A DNA stretch of 64,000 bases. Origin: Spirochaetia bacterium. GTDB lineage: Bacteria > Spirochaetota > Spirochaetia > CAKZLE01. Position 1 is the first letter of the stretch. Every line of letters begins with the position of its first letter. Of this stretch, positions 14,293 through 23,729 are shown in pieces. The stretch covers positions 704,001-768,000 of the forward strand of contig OY782041.1 of NCBI GenBank assembly GCA_963677595.1. The letters run 5' to 3'. Under the pieces are notes generated by a model. It searched no databases and was not told the origin of the DNA. It saw only the letters and a list, made by a program, of their open reading frames with translations. A program made the position numbers and the translations under genes.

Positions 14293-15576
14293 ATGAAGAA
14301 CATAGCATTGGCGTACGGCACCGGCACGATCGCGGTGAACGTACCGGAAGAGAATCTGGCAGCCGTACTGGAGATCCCTGAATCACACGGCAGTTCATCG
14401 AAGAGCGAGTCAGCGATCGTACAGGAATCACTGGCTGCGCCGATCGGGAGGGATCCCCTCTGGAAACTTGCCCAAGGCAAGGAACACATCGTAGTGGTCA
14501 CCAGCGACCATACCCGGGCGGTACCGAGCGGTATCACCATGCCCTTGATCCTTCAGGAGATCAGGAAGGGCAATCCCGCTGCTAAGGTCACGATCCTCAT
14601 CGCTACCGGCCTCCATCGGGGCATGACAGAGAACGAGATGAAGGACCGCTTCGGCGAGAAGGTCTTCGAGGAGGAGACCATCATCAACCATGATGCCTTC
14701 GACGAGACGGCTTTTATCAATCTCGGGACCCTTCCCTCGGGAAGCAGGTGCGAGATCAACCGGATCGCGATCGACTGCGACCTGCTCGTCGCCGAGGGGT
14801 TCATCGAACCCCACTTCTTCGCAGGCTTCTCCGGCGGCAGGAAGAGCATCCTCCCGGGGATCGCCTCCCAGGCCTGCGTGAACATCAACCACAGCGCAGA
14901 TGCGATCAAGCACCCGCTCTCAAGTACCGGGATCCTTGACGGGAACGTCATCCATGAGGATATGATCCGGGCAGCCGAGATGGCAGGGCTTGCGTTCATC
15001 CTGAACGTGCTGCTTGACGAGAACAAGAAGATCATCGAAGCCTACTGCGGGGATGTGGACCAGGCCCATCGTGCAGGGACTCACAGCCTCATGAACCGTT
15101 GCGGGGTACCGCAGGTCCCTGCAGACATCGTGATCACCTCCAACGGCGGCTACCCGCTCGACCAGAACCTCTACCAGTGCCCCAAAGGCCTTGACGCCGC
15201 CCTTGCCTGTGCTTCAGAGCAGGCTGTCATCATCCTGGCAGCTTCCTGCTCCGACGGCCTCGGGGGTGAGAACTTCGGCAAGCTGATGCTCTCAGCCCCA
15301 CCGGAGACACTCCTTAAGAACATCCTCGCCACCCCGCCCGAGCACACGATCTCTGAGCAGTGGTGCGCCCAGAGGTTCTCCGATGCCCTGCTGAAGCACC
15401 CGATCATCCTCGTCACCGACGGGATCGACCAGGCAACCGTAGAACAGATGAATTTCATATATGCCGCCTCCGCGGATGAGGCCCTGCAGAAAGCCTTCGC
15501 CCTCAAGGGTGAAGATGCCTCTGTGACCGTCATCCCCGATGGGGTCGGAGTCATTATAAGGAGACAGGAAGCATGA
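14293..15576 (+). CDS. larA: Nickel-pincer (NPN)-dependent lactate racemase family 2-hydroxyacid racemase/epimerase
   Basis: SDHTR, ATGLHR, EPHFFAGFSGGRKSILPG, NH and NLYQCPKG LarA active-site motifs. Confidence 0.88.
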   Translation: MKNIALAYGTGTIAVNVPEENLAAVLEIPESHGSSSKSESAIVQESLAAPIGRDPLWKLAQGKEHIVVVTSDHTRAVPSGITMPLILQEIRKGNPAAKVTILIATGLHRGMTENEMKDRFGEKVFEEETIINHDAFDETAFINLGTLPSGSRCEINRIAIDCDLLVAEGFIEPHFFAGFSGGRKSILPGIASQACVNINHSADAIKHPLSSTGILDGNVIHEDMIRAAEMAGLAFILNVLLDENKKIIEAYCGDVDQAHRAGTHSLMNRCGVPQVPADIVITSNGGYPLDQNLYQCPKGLDAALACASEQAVIILAASCSDGLGGENFGKLMLSAPPETLLKNILATPPEHTISEQWCAQRFSDALLKHPIILVTDGIDQATVEQMNFIYAASADEALQKAFALKGEDASVTVIPDGVGVIIRRQEA

Positions 15577-15890
15577 GCGAAGAGATTCGAGCTATCAAGA
15601 ATCATGACATTGACAATGTCGCGACGTTATTCGGTACTGCAGAGGCAGGCAATATCGTCACCATCATGGACAAGGCAGGGAACAGTTCCACTGTCACGGT
15701 CCTCCAGGATATCCCGTACGGACACAAGATCGCCCTCACGGTCATAGCCGTCGGAGAACAGGTCACCAAGTATGGTGAGGAGATCGGCATCGCCACACAG
15801 GAGATCAAGGTGGGCGAGCATGTCCACGTGCAGAACATCGACAGCATCCGTGGACGCGGCGACTGGGACAAGGAAGGAGAGAACGCATGA
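15573..15890 (+). CDS. UxaA family dehydratase, small SAF-domain subunit
   Basis: DNVAT, IPYGHKIAL, KYGEEIG, GEHVHVQN; ATGA overlap with larA. Confidence 0.88.
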   Translation: MSEEIRAIKNHDIDNVATLFGTAEAGNIVTIMDKAGNSSTVTVLQDIPYGHKIALTVIAVGEQVTKYGEEIGIATQEIKVGEHVHVQNIDSIRGRGDWDKEGENA

Positions 15891-17053
15891 GTGCAGCATT
15901 CAAGGGATACAAGCGTGCCGACGGGAGTGTCGGGGTACGGAACCATGTAGCGATCATTCCGTCAGTCGTCTGTGCAGATGAGGTCGTGGAGGCTATCGTC
16001 GCCAATACGGTCATGACCCAGGGGATCATCCATCACCAGGGATGCTGCCAGACACCGCCGGACCTCGAGAGGATCACCGACTGCCTCATCAAGATCGGGG
16101 AGAACCCTAATGTGGGGGCATCCCTCATCGTCAGCCTCGGCTGCGAGGGTGTCGATACCGACAGGCTCGAGGAAGCCCTGAAAGCAACCGGGAAGCCGGT
16201 CGAGCGGATCAACATCCAGGAACTCGGCGGCACCAGTGCCGCCATCCAGGCAGGGATCGACAAGGCACAGGAGCTCGTCTGCAGGATCTCGGACCAGCAG
16301 CGGACCGAGGCAGACATGTCGCAGTTCGTCATGGGCATCAAGTGCGGGGCTTCCGATACCACGTCGGGTGTCGCCTCGAACCCCGTTATCGGTTATGTGG
16401 CGGACAAGGTCGTCGATCTCGGCGGGACGGTCATCTTCGGAGAGACCACCGAGTTCATCGGGGCTGAACATATCCTTCAGAGAAGGGCCAAGGATGAGTT
16501 CGTGGCATCGGAGATCGGCAGGATCGTAGACGAGATGGAAGCACGGGCCAAGGCTATCGGTGTCGATATGAGGAAGGGCCAGCCTACCCCGGGGAACATC
16601 AAGGGAGGGCTGAGCACCATCGAGGAGAAATCTCTCGGGGCGATCGTGAAGTCGGGGACCAAGACCATCGAGGGCGTCATCGAGTATACCGAGGTCCCGA
16701 GGGGGAAAGGCCTCTGGATCAAGGACTCACCGGGACGTGAGATCGAACTGCTCTCAGGCATGGCTGTCGGGGGGGCACAGGTCATCCTCTTCTCGACCGG
16801 ACGCGGGGCACCCCAGGGCTTCCCGGTAGTTCCCGTCATCAAGATCTGCGGGAACCCGATCACCTACGACCGAATGAGCCATGATATGGACATCAATGCC
16901 GGGAGGGTCGTCACCGGGGAACGTTCGATCGAGGAGATCGGTGAGGAGGTCTTCGAGATGATGCTGCGTGTGGCATCGGGCGAGACCAGCAAGGGAGAGG
17001 CCATCAAGTACACCAAGTCGATGGACTTCTACTGCCTGGGACCGGTCATCTAG
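15887..17053 (+). CDS. UxaA/GarD family (altronate/galactarate-type) dehydratase, large subunit
   Basis: GSVGVRNHV, HHQGCCQ, SLGCE, KCGASD, GNIKGGLSTIEEKSLG, FSTGRG. Confidence 0.88.
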   Translation: MSAAFKGYKRADGSVGVRNHVAIIPSVVCADEVVEAIVANTVMTQGIIHHQGCCQTPPDLERITDCLIKIGENPNVGASLIVSLGCEGVDTDRLEEALKATGKPVERINIQELGGTSAAIQAGIDKAQELVCRISDQQRTEADMSQFVMGIKCGASDTTSGVASNPVIGYVADKVVDLGGTVIFGETTEFIGAEHILQRRAKDEFVASEIGRIVDEMEARAKAIGVDMRKGQPTPGNIKGGLSTIEEKSLGAIVKSGTKTIEGVIEYTEVPRGKGLWIKDSPGREIELLSGMAVGGAQVILFSTGRGAPQGFPVVPVIKICGNPITYDRMSHDMDINAGRVVTGERSIEEIGEEVFEMMLRVASGETSKGEAIKYTKSMDFYCLGPVI

Positions 17054-17137
17054 TTTCATGTATACTGGGGGTACCGACCCAGACACAGTGTGTGTGGTAC
17101 CCCTGTAAATAATTTACTCAAAAGGAGCGTATATAAG

Positions 17138-18517
17138 ATGGGTGATGTTAATGTTGTAAGAGTCATCATCGGGCTGATCATAGCAATCGGTGTCATACTC
17201 TATCTCGTCACGCGAACAAAGGTTCATGTCTTCCCTGCTATGATCATCGGTGCGGTAGCAGCAGGGTTGATCGCAGGTCTACCTTCCGCAACCGTGCTTG
17301 ACTCAATCAAGAGCGGCTTCGGGGGCACATTGGGTTCCATCGGTATCATCATCGGATTCGGTGTCATGATGGGAGCGATCTTCGAGGTGAGTGGGGCAGC
17401 CAAGCGTATGGCTATCACATTCATCAAGATCCTCGGGAAGGGGAAAGAAGATGTAGCGATGATGATCACAGGTTTCATCGTATCGATACCTGTCTTCTGC
17501 GACTCGGCTTTCGTTGTCCTTGCCCCTCTTGCGAAGTCTCTCTCGAGGAACACCGGCAGGTCATTGACCGCTATCACCTGTGCTCTTGGGACAGCACTCC
17601 TGGTTACCCATTCACTGATACCTCCAACACCAGGCCCCTTGGCTGTAGTCAGTTTCTTCGGGCTTGATATCGGAGTGTTCATGCTGTACAGTTTCATAGC
17701 TGCGATCCCAATAACCCTTGGCGGTCTTGCCTATTCCAAATGGGTCGGGAAGAAGCTCTTCAAACTCCCACATCCTAACGGAGACCCGATAGAGCTGATC
17801 GACAGACCCTATACCAAGGAAGAGCTCGCTGATTCCACACAGATCAATGAAGCAGAACTCCCGGGGACGTTCATCTCATTCGCCCCGATATTCATCCCGA
17901 TCCTCCTGATCCTGCTCAACACAGTCGGGAACATGGCTGGTTTCACCGGTACATTCAAATCAGTAGTCGCAACGATCGGTAACCCGATCGTAGCTGTCGG
18001 TATCGGTGTCCTGATCGCGATCTACGGTCTTGCAGGAAAGATGGATCGTAAAGAGGTCGTAGGGATCCTCGACCACTCCATCAAGGATGCAGGCATCATC
18101 GTGTTCGTCACTGGTGCAGGCGGGGCTCTCGGGGCAGTACTCAAGGCAAGCGGTGCCGGCGATGCGATCGCAGGGCTGCTCGTTGATGCCAATATCCCAG
18201 GGATCGTCCTTCCCTACCTCATGGCATTCCTCCTGAGAATCGTCACCGGTTCAGCAACCGTAGGGATGCTGACGGCAGGTTCAATATCAGCTCCTATCCT
18301 TCTGGCAATGCCCGGCGTGAATCCCTATATGGCCGGTCTTGCCTGCTGTATCGGATCGATCGGTATCACCAACCTTCATGACAGTTACTTCTGGGTCGTT
18401 AACAGGACAACCGGTCTTACTGACGTCAAAGAGATGCTGTGGCACTGGTTCGGGGCAGTCCTCTCACTCTCCGCAGTCGGTGTTGTTGTACTGTTTGTCA
18501 TGAACGCTATTCTCTAA
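17138..18517 (+). CDS. GntP family sugar-acid:H+ symporter
   Basis: GFGGTLGSIG, SIPVFCDS, HSLIPPTPGP, GSATV and HDSYFW GntP motifs; SD AAGGAG. Confidence 0.88.
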   Translation: MGDVNVVRVIIGLIIAIGVILYLVTRTKVHVFPAMIIGAVAAGLIAGLPSATVLDSIKSGFGGTLGSIGIIIGFGVMMGAIFEVSGAAKRMAITFIKILGKGKEDVAMMITGFIVSIPVFCDSAFVVLAPLAKSLSRNTGRSLTAITCALGTALLVTHSLIPPTPGPLAVVSFFGLDIGVFMLYSFIAAIPITLGGLAYSKWVGKKLFKLPHPNGDPIELIDRPYTKEELADSTQINEAELPGTFISFAPIFIPILLILLNTVGNMAGFTGTFKSVVATIGNPIVAVGIGVLIAIYGLAGKMDRKEVVGILDHSIKDAGIIVFVTGAGGALGAVLKASGAGDAIAGLLVDANIPGIVLPYLMAFLLRIVTGSATVGMLTAGSISAPILLAMPGVNPYMAGLACCIGSIGITNLHDSYFWVVNRTTGLTDVKEMLWHWFGAVLSLSAVGVVVLFVMNAIL

Positions 18518-18593
18518 TCAGCTTCAGGATGCGATTGTATAGCTTGTAGGAGCTGCCGGACCGGTCAACAGATCGGTCCGGTCTTTGTATCCC

Positions 18594-20000
18594 CTAAGCG
18601 AATTTCCGCTTCGTCAGCCGCGGGTCGGCGATGCAGCCGGGCCCCCCAATGCAGCCTTCCTCACAGCACATGACCTCTATGAGGTCAGCCTCGGGGGGAC
18701 GCTTCTCCCAGGTCTTCATCAGCCTGATGGTCTTCCTGTCCAGCCCCTGGATACTCATGATCCTAAGATCGCCAGCATCCCCAAGATGGTCAGTGATAGC
18801 CCCGCCTACCCCGCCAGCGGCGGCGAATCTCCTTGGCAGCTTCCCGAACGTACCGTAGGTGTCCTCGATCTCCTGCGTGTCGATATCCTCAGCGACGAAG
18901 AAGGCAGCCAGCTCCTCGAAGGTGAGCACGGTATCGACATAGGGGTCCTCAGCCCCCTCCTGCTTCTTGGCTATGCAGGGACCGATGAAGACCGTGAAGG
19001 TCCCGGGGACATCCTGCTTCGCCTGCTCTGCCGAATAAGACATGGGGCTCCGGGTATGGGAGACGTGCCCCATCAGTTCCGGTATGTGCCGCTCGACACT
19101 CGATACATAGGCACTGCAGCAGGAGGTAGTCATATAGTTCCCGGCTGCCTTGTTCTCGAGCAGTTCCGCAGCCTCATGCTCGACGGTCAGCTGTGCACCC
19201 TGCGCGACCTCTATGACCTGGTCGAAGCCCAGCTCCTTCAAGCCGGAGAGGATCTGTCCGAGGGTCCCCGGGAACTGCCCGTCGATCGATGGGGCAACTA
19301 ACGCAGTGGTATGCTGTGTACCGCTCAGCCGCTTCGCCACATCGAGGATCTGGGACCGCTCGACGATCGCCCCGAAGGGGCAGGCCCGTGAACAGCGTCC
19401 ACAGTCGATACAGGCCTCACGGTCGATCTGGACCTGGCCGTAGTCGTCCTTGCTGATCGCCCCCACCGGACAGACATCCTCACAGGGAACGGGTAGGTAG
19501 TTGATCGCGCTGAAGGGGCAGACGTTTCGGCACTTCCCGCAGTTGACGCACTTCTCCTCATCTATGAAGGCACGGTTCCCCTGGAAGCTGATCGCATCCT
19601 TGGGACAGTTCGTCTTGCAGGGTCTTGCCAGACATCCCCGGCAGAGCTCGGTGACCTGGTACTTGCTCTTCGTACAGGAGCTGCAGCCCCCCTTGATCAC
19701 GGTCAGGATAGGAAACGGCCTGACTGGTCCTGCTGCAAGTGCGGCTCCCGCATAGCTGCTCAAGGGTGTGTACTCATCATCCTCGGTCTCGAGTTCGACG
19801 CCCATCAGGGATAGCAACCGGCTCCTGATCATAGCCCGATCCTTGTAGACACAGCATCGGGAATGGTCATGGTCCCGAGGGATCATCGCCACCGGGATAC
19901 GGTCTATCCCCGTTTCCAACTCCCCGGCGAAATAGAGCCTGAGGACAGTCGTTGCCAACTCCCGCCTTAGGTAGGTGTATTGGTTCTTCTGTGTCAGCAT
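18594..20000 (-). CDS. Monomeric [FeFe]-hydrogenase, group B (HfsD-like)
   Basis: Several 4Fe-4S CxxCxxCxxxCP motifs; H-cluster motifs TSCCSAY, GPCIAKKQE, EVMCCEEGCIGG. Confidence 0.88.
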   Translation of the reverse strand: MLTQKNQYTYLRRELATTVLRLYFAGELETGIDRIPVAMIPRDHDHSRCCVYKDRAMIRSRLLSLMGVELETEDDEYTPLSSYAGAALAAGPVRPFPILTVIKGGCSSCTKSKYQVTELCRGCLARPCKTNCPKDAISFQGNRAFIDEEKCVNCGKCRNVCPFSAINYLPVPCEDVCPVGAISKDDYGQVQIDREACIDCGRCSRACPFGAIVERSQILDVAKRLSGTQHTTALVAPSIDGQFPGTLGQILSGLKELGFDQVIEVAQGAQLTVEHEAAELLENKAAGNYMTTSCCSAYVSSVERHIPELMGHVSHTRSPMSYSAEQAKQDVPGTFTVFIGPCIAKKQEGAEDPYVDTVLTFEELAAFFVAEDIDTQEIEDTYGTFGKLPRRFAAAGGVGGAITDHLGDAGDLRIMSIQGLDRKTIRLMKTWEKRPPEADLIEVMCCEEGCIGGPGCIADPRLTKRKFA

Positions 20001-20317
20001 GTGTCCCTCCTCCCGGTCGTCAGGTCAAGGACGTCCTTCAGGATCGCATCCGCGATCTTCCCGATAGTCGCCTCCCCGACAAGCACTCCGTCGATCACCA
20101 CGAACGGGGGCCTCATCCCCGGGAGCCGGCAGTGACCGGTACAGTTCTTTCCCTTGATCCTGACAGCACGATCGATATCGTCTCTCGTCAGGCCATACTC
20201 CTGCCATCGGGCCTCAAGCTCATCCCCGAGGAGCAGCAGTTCTGCTCCTCCCATGACGAAGCATGCCGTCCCGGTGCAGATCTCAACGGTGACTGGTTCC
20301 ATGGTCTCTTCTCCCAT
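19994..20317 (-). CDS. NuoE-like thioredoxin-fold [2Fe-2S] protein
   Basis: ICTGTACFVMGG and CTGHC...PPFVVIDG; overlaps both neighbours. Confidence 0.8.
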   Translation of the reverse strand: MGEETMEPVTVEICTGTACFVMGGAELLLLGDELEARWQEYGLTRDDIDRAVRIKGKNCTGHCRLPGMRPPFVVIDGVLVGEATIGKIADAILKDVLDLTTGRRDTC

Positions 20318-21510
20318 CAGATATATTCTATAGACGTCTCTTTCATATAGACATCTTCCAGCACGTTCCTGATCCGCTGGATGATCGTTCTCCGTATCCC
20401 GATATCGAAGGGGATGTTCGGGTCCTGGTGCGCCTCGTTGATCTTCGTACCGACCAGGAAGAAGACCCGATCACTGGCATGCAGCAGTTCGAGATACGAA
20501 CGTACTGCATGTCCCGGGAGCCCCTCCGTGGGGGTCTGCTCCTCGAGTTCACGGGCTACCTGGTTGAGCGTAAGCATCCCCTCCGTGACCAGGTCGGCAC
20601 CTTTCATCGTCGAGGCGGGCGGTATATCAGGGGTCCAGCTAGACAGGTCCACCTGGACGTCGCGATCCAGTTCCCGGGCGAAGATCTGGGCGGTGGTACC
20701 GCCGGAGACGATCTTCCTGCCGTCGAACTGCATGACCTTCTCCACGAGCCGCCTGTCCTGTCCCGGGTCGATCGGAGGACCGGTGGCGATGATCAGGTCC
20801 CGCGGCTGCCGGACCGTGATGACCGCACAGGTGATGTCATCCTTCGGAACCCCGTCATCGAGACTCCGTGCCTTGCGTATCACGCTGTTGGCGAGCTCCT
20901 TCGATGAGATCCCGGGGGTATCCTGCAGCACCTTCTCCACGAACTCACCCACACCGCTGCGTCTCCACCCGAGGGGGTACCGGGCTGTTCCCAACCCTGC
21001 CTGGGTCACCCCGTCGGTGAATATGACGAGACGGTCATGGTTCGAGAGGGCAAGAGCTGATGTGTAGATATGCTCATCCTTGAACGCCCGTTCCCGCTCC
21101 AGGGTCATCCGCTGTTTCGGTACGAGCCGTCCCTCACTCCCCCTGAACAGCAGGGCTGACGGGTTGTCATACTCGGTGAGCTGGACGGTGACTTCCTTCG
21201 TACCGTTGAACTCCAGTGTCGCGATCGTGAAGGTCGCATAGCTGATCTTCCGTTCACGGCAGACCGGGAGGGTGTTCATGATGATCTCCGCGGAGTGTTC
21301 CGCATCCAGCGGGCTGAACGAGAGTTTCTCCGCCATATGGGCGGTGAGGTTGGCCAGCACGTTCGCCTTCACCCCGCTCCCGAGCCCGTCAGAGAGGGTG
21401 CAGACGATCCTGGAACGTTCAGGGTTCCTCGAGGAGAGGAAGACATCCCCGCCTATGCGCTGCCTATGCTTGTAGAACTGGGCATAGTCCACATCCACCA
21501 CATATCTCAT
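20317..21510 (-). CDS. SpoIIE/PP2C-type Ser/Thr phosphatase (HfsC-like)
   Basis: GGDVF, LSDGLGSGVKAN, FTDGV, DDITC; C-terminal GGTTA domain. Confidence 0.88.
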   Translation of the reverse strand: MRYVVDVDYAQFYKHRQRIGGDVFLSSRNPERSRIVCTLSDGLGSGVKANVLANLTAHMAEKLSFSPLDAEHSAEIIMNTLPVCRERKISYATFTIATLEFNGTKEVTVQLTEYDNPSALLFRGSEGRLVPKQRMTLERERAFKDEHIYTSALALSNHDRLVIFTDGVTQAGLGTARYPLGWRRSGVGEFVEKVLQDTPGISSKELANSVIRKARSLDDGVPKDDITCAVITVRQPRDLIIATGPPIDPGQDRRLVEKVMQFDGRKIVSGGTTAQIFARELDRDVQVDLSSWTPDIPPASTMKGADLVTEGMLTLNQVARELEEQTPTEGLPGHAVRSYLELLHASDRVFFLVGTKINEAHQDPNIPFDIGIRRTIIQRIRNVLEDVYMKETSIEYI

Positions 21511-23336
21511 AGCTGGTCCCCGGGACGCTCGAACACGTCGATCATCGAACTGAGCATGATCTCCGTCTCCGCAGCATTCTCCCCGAGCAGGGAGGCGATC
21601 TGCTGGACACTCTGGAGGTTCTTCTGGATGACTGCCTCCGCGCGTCTCATGACGGCATCCCGGTTACGCGTGATGGTCGTGGTATCCTGGAAGAGGGCAC
21701 CAGCCATCCGTCGGTTGTCGATGGAGAAGAGCGTCACCTCGATGATCCGCTGTTCATCCTCGTGCTTCCGGTTCCGTACCTGGGAGATCCCGCTGAAGAC
21801 CTGGGAGAGATCATGCTCAAGGTCGATGAAGCGCTTGAGCATGCTCCCCGACACCTTGCCAAGCTCTACATCGTCGGCTTCATAGGTGACGGAGGAGAAG
21901 AGGTTCAAAAACTGTGCGTTGCAGTCGACGATACGGTACTCCCGATTGACGATCACCACCCCCATGGGGAGGGTCCTCAGCAGCATGTCGACCTTGCTCT
22001 GCGCCTGCTTCCTCATCTTCGTCACGCACATCTCCGGTTCCGCCATATCAGCGAGCCAGGCAGCCGCGAAATCCCTGCAGGAGGAGTACCCACACCCGCC
22101 GCAGTCGAGACGTTCTGCCTCATCAGCCTTCCCAAGCTTCCGCAGGGCCTGTTCTATCTCGAAGGACGCGGGACCTGCCGGCAGCTGGTCTTGTGTGACG
22201 GGCAGATGGTACTGGAACGTGATCGACGGCGGGGTCGCCGGCCGTTCCCGGCTCTCGCCCCCGAGCCCTCCGAGCCGTTCCCTGGTATACCGGCTGCCGA
22301 CCGCCTTCTTGATGATGGAAGCAGCCCCCTGCAGGCAGCCGGGACCGTTCACACATCCCCCGGCACAGCTGAGCATCTCATAGAACCGGGGGATCCGCCC
22401 GATGAGATTCACATCGCTGCAGGCCTTCTTGATCCCCCCCAGGGATTCCAGGACTGCCGCGGTCCCCGCGATGCCGGTTGTACGGTCCTGCAGTCCCACA
22501 TCCCCCTGTTCTAGGGTCGCGATCATGCCGTTCTCAAGCGCGTAGTTCGTCGTCTCACCGGCAAGGTAGGGTACGAATCGTACCGGTTCATCATCCACAG
22601 GAGTCGAGGCTATACCGTACCAGCTGCCCATGGGATCAAGTGAAGTACTCTCCCCTCGGAGTGTCTCGGGCCTGTCAAGGTCCATCCCTCGCTCCTGCAG
22701 CCAAGCCGTGAGTTCCCGGTAAGTCAGCACCGCATCAGGCAGCCCCGGGTTCCGATCAGCCTCGAGTTTCTTGGAGATGCACGGCCCGATGAAGACGATC
22801 CCGACATCCTTACCGTACAGGTCCCGCAGCAGGAGCGAATGGGCCCCCAGGGGGGAGGCAAGCGGGGTCAGGGAGGAGAGCATCGACGGGTAGTACTTCC
22901 TGACAGCCTCCACGACCGTCGGGCAGGCGGTCGAGATGTAAGGGAAGTCCGACTGCTCCCGGAGCAGCCTGTCGACCTCTCCTGAGACGATCTCGGCACC
23001 GAGGGCGGTCTCGGAGACCCCGGCGAACCCGAGGGCGACGAGGGCCTTGAGCAGCTGCTCCTCCTTCCCGATGAACTCGGTCACGAACGAAGGGGCAAGC
23101 GATACGTAGACTGCGTCCTTCTCCCTGAGCAGCCGCTTCACCTTCGGGACATCGTTTCTGATCTTCTTGGCATGGGCCGGGCAGATATCGACACACTTCC
23201 CGCAGAAGATGCAGCGGTCATGTGCGACCCTGGCTGAGCCGTCCTGGACCTGTATCGCCTTGACCGGGCAGACCCGCACGCATTTATAGCAGTCGCGGCA
23301 TTGCGTCATCTCCGTGTATATCGGCTCAAGCTTCAT
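21507..23336 (-). CDS. Sensory [FeFe]-hydrogenase-like protein with FeS and PAS domains (HydS/HfsB-like, group C)
   Basis: Two 4Fe-4S motifs, STACP (Ala at the proton-transfer Cys position), GPCISKKLE, SCAGGCVNGPG, DCGGCGYSSC FeS domain, PAS and C-terminal QIASLLGE; start MKLEP after SD GAGGGGG. Confidence 0.88.
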   Translation of the reverse strand: MKLEPIYTEMTQCRDCYKCVRVCPVKAIQVQDGSARVAHDRCIFCGKCVDICPAHAKKIRNDVPKVKRLLREKDAVYVSLAPSFVTEFIGKEEQLLKALVALGFAGVSETALGAEIVSGEVDRLLREQSDFPYISTACPTVVEAVRKYYPSMLSSLTPLASPLGAHSLLLRDLYGKDVGIVFIGPCISKKLEADRNPGLPDAVLTYRELTAWLQERGMDLDRPETLRGESTSLDPMGSWYGIASTPVDDEPVRFVPYLAGETTNYALENGMIATLEQGDVGLQDRTTGIAGTAAVLESLGGIKKACSDVNLIGRIPRFYEMLSCAGGCVNGPGCLQGAASIIKKAVGSRYTRERLGGLGGESRERPATPPSITFQYHLPVTQDQLPAGPASFEIEQALRKLGKADEAERLDCGGCGYSSCRDFAAAWLADMAEPEMCVTKMRKQAQSKVDMLLRTLPMGVVIVNREYRIVDCNAQFLNLFSSVTYEADDVELGKVSGSMLKRFIDLEHDLSQVFSGISQVRNRKHEDEQRIIEVTLFSIDNRRMAGALFQDTTTITRNRDAVMRRAEAVIQKNLQSVQQIASLLGENAAETEIMLSSMIDVFERPGDQL

Positions 23337-23571
23337 CCTGTCCCCCCTCTCCTTCGAGCAACGCGATGATGTCACCGGCTCCCAGCCCCTGATAGAGAAC
23401 CCCGTCGACCCGGACATTCGGGCCTCGTGAGCAGTCCCCCAGACAGAGATGACCGGATAGTTCTATCCGGTCCTCTTTCCGCGACGCACAGTAGGCTTCC
23501 AGCTCCTTGAGCAGTCTCGCGTTCCCCCGCGCGAAGCAGGAGGATCCCATACACAGTTCAATCTTCATCAT
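23326..23571 (-). CDS. Small [2Fe-2S] ferredoxin-domain protein (HfsA-like)
   Basis: CMGSSCFARGN and CLGDCSRGPNVRVDG. Confidence 0.82.
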   Translation of the reverse strand: MMKIELCMGSSCFARGNARLLKELEAYCASRKEDRIELSGHLCLGDCSRGPNVRVDGVLYQGLGAGDIIALLEGEGGQDEA

Positions 23572-23689
23572 CGACCTCAGCAGTAAGAAACGCTTCCAGG
23601 ACCATGGGCAGCGGGAGGGGGAGACAAAGGAAGGAAAAACGTAAGAACCCGGTTGCTCATGCCTATGGCCTGGAAGCTGTATGTATCAA

Positions 23690-23718
23690 GCTGAAGGACG
23701 GCATCGCCGTCCTTCAGC
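23690..23718 (-). terminator. Perfect 13-bp hairpin after adhE, without a U-tract on the minus strand
   Basis: GCTGAAGGACGGC-atc-GCCGTCCTTCAGC. Confidence 0.55.
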
Positions 23719-23729
23719 CGTTTTGCCTG

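Noticed and set aside
15573-17053. Sulfolactate sulfo-lyase SuyAB with LarA as sulfolactate racemase
   Set aside because: The large subunit has HxxGCC/GCE/KCG of altronate-type dehydratases rather than the SuyB HAYGRLQ motif.
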